A stretch of 64,000 bases of DNA from Amoebidium appalachense (GCA_963693365.1 CAVNZM010000011.1:7211921-7275920), one strand, 5' to 3'. Positions 32,988-45,102 are shown, counted from the stretch's first letter. Program-made: numbers and translations. Notes: generated from the sequence alone by a model not told the origin.

Positions 32988-34015
32988 TCACTGCGCGTGA
33001 GTTCTTCAAGGGTGCGGTGTACGAGAAGTGCCTAGCACCTAAGGGGGAGGCGACAAGGAGAGACCTAACGAACAACACCAAGGAACTGGTGGTGGAGGCA
33101 GAGTTGGGAAAGAATGTATACGTGCACGGGGAGCCTGTGGATGTGCACGTGCGAGTGCGCAACGACACCTCGAGCCAGGTAATTATACATTTAGTGCAAT
33201 ATATATTTTAAAAAGGGGGGGAGGCTGATAGTGGGGGATGCGGGGGGGAGGAAGGGGGATCGGTTTGTTGGGGGGGGGGGGGGGGGGGGGGGGAGGGGGA
33301 GGGGGGGGGGGAGCTGAGAGGGGAATGGGGGAGAGAATGTGTACGGGGAAGGAGAGCTTGTGGATGCGCACGTGCGCGTGCGCAATGATACATCGAGCCA
33401 GGTAATGTGATTCAGAGGGGAGAGGGGGGGGATGATGAGGAGTGGTCCAAGGGGGGATGAGGAGAGGTGGGGGAATATGATGTAGTGTTAGGGGGGAAGG
33501 CGGGTAGTGGGGGAGAGGGAGGGGAGGAGGGAAAGGCAATGTGTGTGTGGGGGGGGGGGGGGGGGGGGGGGGGGATGTGAGGAAGAGTGTGTACGTGCAG
33601 GGGATGCCCGTGGATGTGCACATGGGTGTGTGCAACCACATTTCGAGCAAGGCAACTGTAGTTATAAGCAGGGGGAGGAATGGTGAAAGTGGGGGAGAGG
33701 GGAGGCGGGTGGTAATGTGGGCAGGGTGGGGTGGGATTTTGGGGGCGGATATGAGGGGTTGTGTGGTGTTTTTTTTTTTTTTTTGGAAGGGGGGGGGGGA
33801 GGGGGTTAGTGAAGGTGTGATAGGGAAGTGAAGGGGTTGGGGGGGAGGGGCGGGGGCGGGAGGGGGTGAAGGGGAGGGACGGAAGAGAGGTTTGAAATGT
33901 CGGGGGGAGGGGGGGGGGGGGGGGGGGGGGGGGATAGGGGATGGGGTGATATGTGAGAGGGCGGACAAGGGGATGGGGTGGAGGACGGAGGGGGGGGGGT
34001 GGGGGTGGGAGTGTT

Positions 34016-34064
<49 letters not shown>

Positions 34065-35761
34065 ACTGGTGCTTGGTTTCCCTTGTGGTTTGAACCCTCT
34101 TGAATTTGGGGTTTCACAGGTCAAATCGATTAGTTAAGAGTTTTGGGAGAGAGCATTGTTCGTTTTCTTTGTACAGGCTTGGATTGGTTTCAACTACACG
34201 TGTCAAGACAGGAGCAATGTGTGTGTCTGTGTGTAGATGTATAGGCACGTGTTTTACTTACATTAGCCAGGAATGGGGATGTGCTCTGGTACAAGCCGTT
34301 CATGGTCATACATTTGGAATGGTTGTGTGCTGAACCATCGTGTTTGGGGTTTCACAGGTCAAGTCGATCACGTGCAAGATCTACCAGAAGGTATCCTTCG
34401 ACATTCCACAGAAGGAGACCCACCAAATAAGGAAACAGCGTGTGGCTTTCGTGGAGAACGATGAGGGGTGCCCCCTGGCTAAGGGCGAGGTGTGTACGTG
34501 TGTGTGTGAGTGTGGGGGGGGGGGGGGGGGGGGGGGGAGGGGCAGATGGGGTGGGTGGGTGCGGGGGTGCGGTTGTTCCGGTGTGGGTGTGAATGTGGGG
34601 GTGGGGGGACGAAGGGCCGTTTTATGCATGTGCCCTTGTTTTTGTGTGTGTGTATGTGTGCGTGCGCGCGCGCGCGTGCACGTGCGCGCACGATTGCAAT
34701 GGCGTATGTGCGCTGGTGTTCATTTTCATTTTTTTTATTATTTTTTTTTTGCATTTTTCCCAAGGTAGGAGAAAAGAGTGTTTTCGAACATTGCTGTTTG
34801 CATGAATCAACCCAAACACACACACACACACACAAACTTACACTTAAAAAAAAAAGTACACACACACACGCACACACACACAGAGACTCGGTACCCCTGA
34901 GTACATTATTCTCGGTCCACCCACCTATCTAACGTATCCCAGACTGCCGCATTCAAGAATGCACACGTTAGGGTGTGCCCGCTCTTCCGCTCTCGCTTAC
35001 GGCTGCATTTACGACACGTAGTAACTACGTGTATCCTTCTCCCCTCCCGCCATTCCCTATGACCCCTACCCCCCCCCCCCCCCCCCCCCCCGTCTCCTCC
35101 CAGCTCCTCCCCCCCCCAAAGACCGCAACTAAAAGGGCAAAAAAAAAAAAAAAAAACCACCACCACCACCCACCCCTTTCACCACCGTTATTCGTTGACT
35201 GAGTGTTTTTTGGTTTGTTGGGTTACCAGTTTTGCTGTGTTTTCTGCCCCTGCGTTTTTTGGTTCTGCCCCGGTGGGATTTGCCTTTGCCAATATGACCA
35301 ATCACCCTTCCTGTTCTCCGGTCAAACCAACCCGCAAGCCCGCGTGCACACACATACACACACACACTTGCTCACTCGCTCGCTCTCCAGCTCGCTCACA
35401 TACAGACACACACCCTCCCCCTGCACATGCGCGAGCGGGCGCACAGACACTACGCACACACACACACAACCATCCACCCACCCACACACCCACCCATTCA
35501 CCCGTCCACCCACACAACACCGACCCACCCCACACACAGCTATCACGAGACTTCACCCTCACCCCAGAGGTGGACCCAGCAAACAAACTGCTGTGTCTGC
35601 GAGCAGTGGCGGAGGGTGCCGATGCCTCTACCCCACGTGTGCTTGCACCCAGCGCCACATATTACGACACACGTACGGAGAGGCCCGAGAGCATGAAGAT
35701 CCACTTCAGCATCGTGTACACGGTCAAGGTGTGTAATCTTACGGGTTGTATTGCCTACATC

Positions 35762-35850
<89 letters not shown>

Positions 35851-38007
35851 GCACACACAGGCACACACACCAGCTACGGCTGTGCTCTGTTCATCTTCTC
35901 TATTGCAGGCTGTTTTAATGGTTTTACATTACGTCGACGTTTTGTGTCCTTGTGGCTTTGTACTGTGTGCAAATTCCTATCCTTCTTCTCCTCCCCCCCA
36001 CACCCTCCCCCCCCCCCCCCCCCCCCCCCCCGCTCCTCCTTCACGGGAATCTTTGATATCGTGGATGACTTGGGGCTCTTTGAAGATGGGCTCTACTTCT
36101 ATGCATACTCTCAGTGTGCGCTTTACATAGTCTGATCCATGTTGTCTGTCGTTTCCGTGTAATTCCTTCATATCCTGTGAGGCATTCTGAAGATGTTCTG
36201 TTCTGTAACACGTTTCAAACGCCTTCCCCCCTGCTCACATCTGAGCGAGACGGGTGACCCACCCATGTTTAAGAAAGTCGTATCTGAGTTAAGTTTTGTC
36301 GATGAGCCTCAGTGTATGGGTCGAAACTTGCTTACTGTGGATGACTTGGGCCATTCCTCAGGATGGGCTCTACTTACCGTGCATACTCGTGGCATGTTTT
36401 GCACTGTGCATTGTGTTGTCTGTTATAATTGATTGTAAACTTCGTACTCTTTAACATATCCTAACCTCACTCTTCCCCCCCCCCCCCCCCCCCCCCGCCT
36501 CCCCCGCCCTCCCGCCCCCTTCCTCCAGGTGTCTCTGCGGCTTGGTCTTGGGCGCAAGCTCTCAGTTTCTCTGCCGTTCACACTTTCCGACAGCACTGCA
36601 AACATTGGGGAGATTCTGCCCAGAGCTCACCGCATGCCCAGCTACCACGTCAAGGCTAGCAAATCCTTCCTGAGGCTGTCGAAGGCAAAGGTACTGTGTG
36701 CACATGTACTGCTTGCACATATACTGCTTGCACGTGGACTGCTTGCACGGGTACTGCTTGTAGGTGTACTGTTTGCACGCACATGTACTGCTTGCACATG
36801 TACTGTTTGTTCCAAAGGTACTGTTTGCACGTGGACTGCTTGCACGTGTACTGTGTGCACGTGGACTGCTTGCACGTGGACTGCTTGCACGTGGACTGCT
36901 TGCACGTGGACTGCTTGCACGTGTACTCAAAGTGTAAAGGGAAAGGCAACACAGTGTGCCAAAAGCAGTGTGCATTCTGACCGAATACAGTGTTCATGCA
37001 TCCATTTCCTTGCAAGTTATCCCTGTACATCAAACAAACGATAATGCCAGATGCACAGGCCAGCGCCTACCCACCCCGCACACAAGCACACGGACAACCA
37101 GACACACACGCACTCGCACTCATACCTCACACTGTGCAGTTCAAAAGAACTGGACGGCTTCTGCTTATTATGCATACTCCTTATGTATGCTCTGCGATGT
37201 GCAATGTGCAATGTGCATTGACCGTTGTGAATGTGTGCATTGTACTCTATAACACATTCTGACCCCCCTCCCCCACTCCCCCCCTCCTCCTCCCCATCCT
37301 TTCCTCCTCTCACACAGGTTGAGGCCGTGCCCGAGTATGGGCGTGAGGAGGCGCTATTGGAGGAAGAGCGGAGGCGGAAGTTGGAAGAAGAAATTGCGGC
37401 CAATCAGGGAGGCCTAAAGGCCATCGTGGGCAAGGTAATCCACTTACCCCCCCCCCCCCCCCCCCCCCCAATGGTATTTGGGAGAATGCGCTGTTATTTT
37501 CCCCTTTATTGGATGTGTGTTTCTGCCCTCCCTCCAACTTATGGAAATTTTGTGTCTCCACCCGTTCATGGAAACGTGTCTACTCATTACTCACTTCCTC
37601 TCCCTCTGATAATAATCGGCCCTGCCCGTTCGAGGGAATCTTGAATGTACATGTAGTTGGTCGACTTTTTGTGTGTTTGCGCTTTGGTTGGTTGTTTTCT
37701 CTCTTTTTCAGTTGTATACCCCCCGCCCCCTCCAACAGCTTGTGCAAGGATAGGCACCGTCAAATGTCACATCTCTGTTCTGGCATTCATGCCTTCGGAA
37801 TTGAGCTTTTTGCCTCGATGATTATTGTTCATTTTTCCCCTGTGTTTTTGACCCTGCTCCGACCGTTAGCATACATGAGCACACATAAGCTTGCACTCTT
37901 CCTCACATTGCTACACACATACACCAACCAAAAAACAACTCGCACTCCCACATACACATACACACACACATGCACAAAACTGACTTGCTCGTACATCCGC
38001 TCAATTG

Positions 38008-38045
<38 letters not shown>

Positions 38046-38137
38046 ACACGCTCACGCTATTTCTTTCTCCCTCACTGAGTCACTCACTCGCTGACTCATT
38101 CACGGTGGCACTCCCTCCCCCCCCCCTGTACACCCCC

Positions 38138-38174
<37 letters not shown>

Positions 38175-38505
38175 CCCCCCCCCCCACCTCCCCGCACCAT
38201 ACACACACACACACACACATACACAGGCCGCCTCACTCGTCAGCCAACCAGGCAGCAAGGAGACGGTTTCCAAGCCCACAGCCCCTGCCACGATCGAAGA
38301 GGAAGCCACGACCTCCACCAACAACCAATTAAGCACCACCCGTCTAATTGCTCTCAACGACACAACAGACAAGGCCTCCCTGTCTCTCAACAGAACGGGG
38401 ACCGCAAGTGCGCGGTCTTCGTTTGTGTCTGCTGATTTCCACGACGCACAGGAGTATCAGAGTGATGATGAGAGGCTGGTGGGGTCGGAGGTTGGCGGTG
38501 AATAG
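29595..38505 (+). CDS. Arrestin family protein (beta-arrestin-like C domain), 10 exons, about 499 aa
   Basis: Exons 29595-29675, 30089-30241, 30989-31112, 31763-31830, 32984-33178, 34358-34489, 35540-35728, 36529-36690, 37318-37434, 38227-38505 (1500 nt, in phase). Motifs include FDFKIPVPTDLPPT, LVVEAELGKNVYVHGEPVDVHVRVRNDTSSQVKSI, EGCPLAKG..SRDFTLTP, IVYTVKVSL and VSLPFTL. Exon 4 boundaries are the least certain. Confidence 0.85.
33310..33655 (+). repeat. Two degenerate copies of the 3' half and donor of arrestin exon 5 inside intron 5
   Basis: 33335-33406 (GAATGTGTACGGGGAAGGAGAGCTTGTGGATGCGCACGTGCGCGTGCGCAATGATACATCGAGCCAG|GTAAT) and about 33580-33655 echo 33112-33183. Confidence 0.9.
36055..36470 (+). 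repeat. Intronic dispersed repeat family: partial copy (36055-36150) plus full copy (36250-36470)
   Basis: GTGGATGACTTGGG...GATGGGCTCTAC...GCATACTC core. The full copy ends CTTCGTACTC...CCTAACC+poly-C immediately before the acceptor at 36528. Confidence 0.88.
36691..36925 (+). repeat. 15-bp minisatellite (GTACTGCTTGCACRT/GGACTGCTTGCACGT) starting exactly at a splice donor
   Basis: About 15 degenerate units. The first unit is the intron 8 donor GTACTGTGTGCACAT. Confidence 0.9.
37150..37265 (+). repeat. Intronic dispersed repeat family copy (3' part), arrestin intron 8
   Basis: GGCTTCTGCTTATTATGCATACTCCTTATGTATG...TGTACTCTATAACACATTCTGACC+C-rich tract before the acceptor at 37317. Confidence 0.8.
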
Positions 38506-38965
38506 AACGGTGTGTGAGCGGTGGGAGGTAGTGAGTGGTGTGGTATGGAACGGTGAGGGGAGGGGGGAGGGGGGGGGGGGGGGGGGGAACAGGATATGTT
38601 CTGGAAGGAGAAGGGGAGGGGGGGGGGGGGGGACGAGAAGTAGGTGATTGTGTGTTTTGAAAATATGCTTACTCTTGGTTATATTTGCTCATGGCCTCTG
38701 TAAGTCTAGTGTATACATGCAGTTTGTATCATGCACATTTGTAGACTACCATCGTGTGATGCAGATTATTGTTGTGCATGCGAGCACTCTTCAAAGGGAT
38801 ACTAGTGGGCTCAATTTATACACCATTAATCACACATCGTGTTACTACTGAATAGATTCAATAAACTCTGCCTAACTTCCAAGGTGCATTTATCGCGTCT
38901 CTTGTGATTATATTTGGCTTGTGTGGAGTTTGGGGTGTGTGTGTGTGTGTGTTGGGAGAGGAGGA

Positions 38966-39007
<42 letters not shown>

Positions 39008-39164
39008 CGCATTAGAATAATGAACTATGTCAAGACGGACGACCCTCTTAAACGTGCCTTAGTTCTATTACTAAGTTGATGAGTAAATGTGGAATGAGTG
39101 TGCACACTATTAGTACATGCTCCAAATATACAAACAGCTCGCCTGATCATTACAAAAAATAGTG

Positions 39165-39207
<43 letters not shown>

Positions 39208-39228
39208 ACATCATACAACTGTTACAAC

Positions 39229-39261
<33 letters not shown>

Positions 39262-39400
39262 CACACACACACACACATGTCACACACGTGTCGATACACC
39301 ACCACGTGCACCACCACTCGCTGCCACCTCCACCACACAGAGCACACACTACAACCACCATACACACACATGCATGTTTATCAACAAGTGTGCGCACACA

Positions 39401-39486
39401 AGAAGGCCCACGGGTTTGCCCCCGTCCCTAGCAGAAAGCGAGCTTAGAAAAGCGGCGATAGAGCTTACGGTTGGCCATCAACTTGA
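39401..39486 (-). pseudogene. Displaced degenerate copy of part of the last CBS-gene exon
   Basis: AGAAGGCCCACGGGTTTGCCCCC...TAGAGCTTACGGTTGGCCATCAACTTGA matches 45149-45218 with a short internal insertion. Confidence 0.88.
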
Positions 39487-39814
39487 CTCTGTGTGTGTTT
39501 GTGCAAAATGTAACTCTTCGCTCGACACATACGCTTGTTTCCGGGGTTGGGGGGGGGGGGGGGGGGGGGGGGGGGGTTTGCATGCACATGTGTACAATTG
39601 AGTCAGGGAACAGATTTGATTGGTTCTTGTTGTTTTTTGGCGCGAAATGGACATGGTGGATCAAATACCATTCTTTTTCCCGCGCTTTTCCGACCAAGGC
39701 ATAACTCATATCTCCAGCGCCAAAAAGAGGCCCGGCGTTTGACACGAGTGTACATTCCGTAGTACCTACGTAGCACTTGAAACGCACGTCCCTACCCCTC
39801 TTTCTTTTTCGTAG

Positions 39815-40731
39815 AAACCCCTTCGTTTCGGCTCAAACCTTACAGGGTCGGAGCCCTGCTCTCTCTGCAGATTCCGAGACGAAATGAGGAGGTACCGGAA
39901 CTCATACTGGCTCGCCTTGACCAGATGCTGAGGAGCGGAGAAAACGGGGGTATGTCTGCTTTCCCTTTTCTACCGGCTGTGGGGGTTTATTTTTTTTCCT
40001 GCTGTTTTGGTTTGCTTTTGCTGCTCAACCACGGCGAAGATCTTTTAGCAAGTTCGTGCACTAACCCCAAGGAGCTTGGAGCAATGGACACCTCACTTCC
40101 TTTTTTTTTTCCTGGTGGCTCTGACTCAGAGTCTTCTGCTTTAGCATGATCTGCTTCAATCAATCGGGGTTGAAACTAACTTTAAATTCCTACCTTGCGT
40201 TCTATTCTTCGTCTTTTCGGACCGGATCGTGTGGTTGCCTTGCTGCGTTTACTTCACATATATACCACGTTTTCTGGATCTCAAGACAAGGCACTTTACT
40301 CCTCCCCCCCCCTCACCCCCCCCCCCCCCCCCCCTCCCCCTCCCTCCCTCCCTCCCTCCCCCCCTCCCTCCCCCTCCCTCCCTCCCCTTCCTTCCTTCCC
40401 TCTCCCACCCTCTTCCCCCTGCTCTGGAAAGCAAGCAAATTCATTGGCATGTCAACTTTCTCCCGGTAGGTACGAAAGCGGAAACTCTGTGGGCGTTTCC
40501 ATGTTCTTGGTGTATTGAGGTTGGTCCTGTGGGGAAAGGAGATAGTGCCGTTCTACTCTCACAGCCAACATGTCGTGAGCGTTCCCCTGTCTCACGAGCA
40601 ACAACACGTTGCAGACTTCACCGGAAGTAGTACTACATCTGTATTGGCACATTCACACAAGCACTTGTGTGCAGGCAGGCACACACGCACACACACATAC
40701 ACACGCACACGCGCGTGCACACACACACACA

Positions 40732-40765
<34 letters not shown>

Positions 40766-40830
40766 CGAGAGCGAGAGAGAGAGGGGGGGGGAGAGAGAGA
40801 GGGGGGGGGGGAGGGGGGGGGGGGGGGGAG

Positions 40831-40870
<40 letters not shown>

Positions 40871-41538
40871 GTGAGTGAGTGAGTGAGTGAGAGAGAGAGA
40901 GAGAGAGAGCACCACAGCCAGAAGGTTTTAACCTGGGGTGCACGTTCCTGCACACACAACTTACGTTGTCAGTGACAAAACCGTGGAAATGCCGAGACAC
41001 AGACACACACCCAACAACCGATAAGACACTTAACAACCGCACCATATAAGAGCGCACATGCACCCAAAGACGACGGCTCGCACTTATCGGTGCACATAGA
41101 AGCCCACCAGAGTATGTTGAACGAAACCACATAGTGTCCCAGTTTCGTTACATATCAAACGAACCCGGTGGTGTTCTCGATTAGACAGATGGCTGTTTCT
41201 GAATGTCGTTGCAAGGTACAGAAGCGTTTTCATACCTGGTTTTTAAATCACTGAAATCTTGTTTCTGCACAGTGAGCCTTTCGCGTTGGAGATCACGAAA
41301 ATTGTCATCGACGTGTTCGAGGCTGACACCAAGTGGTTCAAAGACAGCATCCAACGTGCAAAGGACCTCCGACCCCAGGTCGAAGAGTCTTTCGCCAATG
41401 AAGGTAGGGTCTTGTTGTCTGTTTGTTTTCAGCTTTGGTGTGTTCTGTTGCTTTGCTCGGTTTCTTTCGTCCGCCCCTAATGTCCCCTTCCTCCCGTCCC
41501 CCCCCCCCCCCCCCCCCCTCCCCCCCCCCCCCAAACAC

Positions 41539-41570
<32 letters not shown>

Positions 41571-42164
41571 TCCGGTCCCTCCGATTGGTCCCCGCCAGAA
41601 AAAAGAGGCAGGAAGGAGAAAGGGGTAAAAAGTCCCCCCCCCCCCTCTTGCAACACACACGCACACACACAAGCAGACACACACAAACTAAAAATAAAGA
41701 AACAGTGGGGAGGATTAAGGGGCCTTTAAGGTCAAAAACGGGGTGTTGTGTGCGGTCAAAATGGGTTGGCACAGAGAATGGGGTGGTGGTTGTGTGTGTG
41801 CTTGTGCCTCTCTCTCGATCTGTGTGTGGGTGGGTGGGTGTATGTGTACTTCATGTATATTTGCCGTTGCGCATGTGGTTTATAGCGTATGTGTTCGTGT
41901 GTGTAGGGAGATGGGTTTGGGTGACAAAACTTAGCTTTCACAGGTAGCCTAACCCGCACCTAACCTCCTTGCCTGTCATTTGGAAACTCTCCCTTGCTTT
42001 CACGTGTAAATCCGTGGGGGATAAGGGACCTTTGTTTGGCAGCTGACACGATGTATCCAGGGATTGATGCTTCCCCTTATGATCTCTTCGTCCTTCTTTT
42101 CAAATGGCAAGGACACCCCCTGATTATCATGTATGGATTATAAAAAGGTACCCCCCCCCCCCCC

Positions 42165-42261
<97 letters not shown>

Positions 42262-42347
42262 CACTCACACACCTGCGTATCCTGCCCCTTCCTCCCCTTC
42301 CTCCCTCCCGCGCAATTTTTACCATTACATCCACCTACTTTTTATTC

Positions 42348-42402
<55 letters not shown>

Positions 42403-43512
42403 CCCCACCGGTATACTTACAGAAATTGTTCTTTTTTCTGGATGGGAGCTTGAGAGCTTTAGTTATGGGTTTCAATTCCGTTCCCCTAAGCTCGCCCGTC
42501 TCCCCTCTAGATCTCGGGCTGACACCAACTCAGGAGCTGGGGAAATTCCTTAAACTAAAAACTATGTCCGCAGTTACCGCTTTAGGTACATATCTCTCCT
42601 TCACTGGTACTTTGCTCGAAATCGTTCTGGTAATTTATAAAAAACGTACTAGTCCGCCACCCATTGCAGAGCACGCGGGCCCCAGTGCACTGGATTAATG
42701 AGGGATTAAGGGATTGGTCTGGATAGCGGTACATACCCGTCAATTCCAGAATTGACACTCCTTGTTGTGCCCCTTTTTTTGCAGACGGCGGCGACGCTGA
42801 AGAGGAAGGAGGAAAGGTAACCCCCCCCCCCCCCCCCCCCCCCCCCACGGTGACCTACTCATGTTCAAGTGAAACAGTATCTGAGTTGGGTTTCGTTAAC
42901 GAGGGGAATAGGTCGAAACTCGGGTACTGTGGATGACGTGGGCCCCCCCTGAGGATGGGCTCTGCTTATTATGCATACTCTTTATGTATGGCTTGCATTC
43001 TGCATCGTGTTATCCGTTTGTTCTTGTGTACTTCGTACTTTTTGACGCATTCAAACCCCCCCCCCCCCCCCCCCCTCCCCCCCCGGGAAGGATTAGGCTT
43101 TGTAAATGACGGTTGCGTCTTTGCTGAATTGCCTCATGTGAGGATTTTTCCTATCCAGTGTATAGAACATCATCATGCATCATCACACACATTTTCACGT
43201 TGTACACTGCATCACGTCTCACCCCCACCCCCATCCCCCCCCCACGCACACATACATTTGCATTTCCCTTTTATACCCATAGAAAAAAACCTTCACCCCT
43301 CCGGTCCAAGCCCTCTTGCACCACACATACGTCCACACACGCATACAATACCATAACAAGAACACTCGATAGGGGAGAGCACCGTGTACATGTGATGCAC
43401 CGAGTGATTATGTCTCATATTCTCTACATTCCTTCCACAGAAAAAGACGAGAGATGGTGGCCGCAGCAGCAAAGGGGCCAATCCGTTAGGAGCTCATTCT
43501 CGGCCCGGATAA
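39815..43512 (+). other. Candidate spliced gene or decayed pseudogene of unknown function
   Basis: Non-repetitive blocks with good AG/GT borders: 39815-39949, about 40470-40574, 41273-41403, 42785-42816, 43441-43512. The reading frame is ambiguous (e.g. EPFALEITKIVIDVFEADTKWFKDSIQRAKDL in one frame) and no start or family was recognised. Confidence 0.3.
42848..43056 (+). repeat. Intronic dispersed repeat family, best-preserved full copy
   Basis: CGGTGACCTACTCATGTTCAAG...GTATCTGAGTT...GGTCGAAACTCGGGTACTGTGGATGACGTGGGCCCCCCCTGAGGATGGGCTCTGCTTATTATGCATACTC...CTTCGTAC...CATTCAAACC, bounded by poly-C on both sides. Confidence 0.9.
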
Positions 43513-44266
43513 ACTATTTCGGACCGCGGCTTACTGTATTGTGTATCTTTGTGGTTGTTTATGAGACTTGACAAATACTGAGAATGTCTGGGTGTGGGGC
43601 TATACGCAGAATGGAAATAATGGATATATATTATCACTCGCAAAAGAATTTTATATGGTAATGCCCGTTTCGTGTAATGTTTGACACCCCCCCATCATGC
43701 ACACTTAACCCGGCTACCACTTATGCTTGCATATAAACCGAATATATCGATACCTTTTCCACCAGCTCACGAATGCAGTGTACGTCTTGCTTCCTTCCAA
43801 TTTCAAATTAGAGGGTGTCGTCGACGAATTTATGTGATATTATGTATGAAATATAAGGCGCATATGAAGGATGGTATATAAAGACCAGGCACGGTGTTCA
43901 AGGCATACAAATTAAACCGTGTTCGTGAATCTCAGTGCTTTGTGTGTGTGTGTGTGGGTATGTGTGCGTGTGTGTGTGTGTGCAAGTGGTGCATTTGCAC
44001 CCCACGATGTGTACGCCTGTGTGCATGTGTACGCAATGATGCGTGTGTGGAAAATGTGTGTGTTTGTGTGTGGATTCACAGTGTGTGTGCATACATTCAG
44101 TGTGGGTGTGTGGGTGTGGGTGTGTGTGCGCCCGCACGCGTCGGTGCACTTTGCACGCGCACCGGCGGTGTGTTTACCTACACATGTGCATGTACCACCA
44201 CGTGTGTGTATTCGTAGAGATGCACGTGTGTGTATGTGCATGTGTGTGCCTGTGAAGTGCGTGTGT

Positions 44267-44315
<49 letters not shown>

Positions 44316-45102
44316 TTGCTGGTCATAAGTATTTCTGCCATACTTCTTTCCGTATTCCTGTCACAACCAACAAGGAAGAAATCACTTTATTTAGATATTA
44401 AATGAAACGGACCCAAATCAGGTATGATATATCTGAGGTAGGCTCGTCAATTGAATTTGCCACGAATTCGAATCATTAACATGTATTCACGATACCTAAT
44501 CTCTCCATGTACATGTGTTTTATCGAATTTCCCAGCTATTATGCCTAGTTAAAAGAAACCGACACAAGTCTTAGTACCACACACAGGCACCAACTGCACC
44601 AACACGGAAAGCATAAAACACACGAACAGCCAAACAGCTAAACAACATAAAAATAAAACAAATTAAAGCAAAGCAAATGCATTTTAAAATCACACCCACA
44701 CATGCACAGTATGCACATCACACAGATAGGTTTAACCCCCACACCTGATGTGTCTAACCAAAACTACGAAACCGTTTAAACTCGTTAAAACAAAACCGAC
44801 GGACATTTACACCAAAGTAATTACGCAAAAGTTTATACCATCAGCCCCCCAAAAAAACTACCCGGGCCTCACCCAAGACGATTCACATGTGCGCATCCAC
44901 ACGGCACCACCCACCCACCCACATACCCACACACCCACCCATACCCACAACTACATATGCATCCAGCCACCAACATTCATGTACAACACACATCCTTCCC
45001 CCTTTTACCCCCCCCCCCCCCCCCCCCCCCCCCCTCCCCCCCTCCCCTCCCCAACACACCCACCCACCCACCCACCAACCCACGCCACCCACACACACAC
45101 AA

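Noticed and set aside
42928-42960. SECIS element or C/D-box snoRNA in GGATGA-stem-CTGAGGA
   Set aside because: The helix is only about 6 bp with no apical AA motif, it is intronic rather than in a 3' UTR, and the box spacing is too short for a guide snoRNA.
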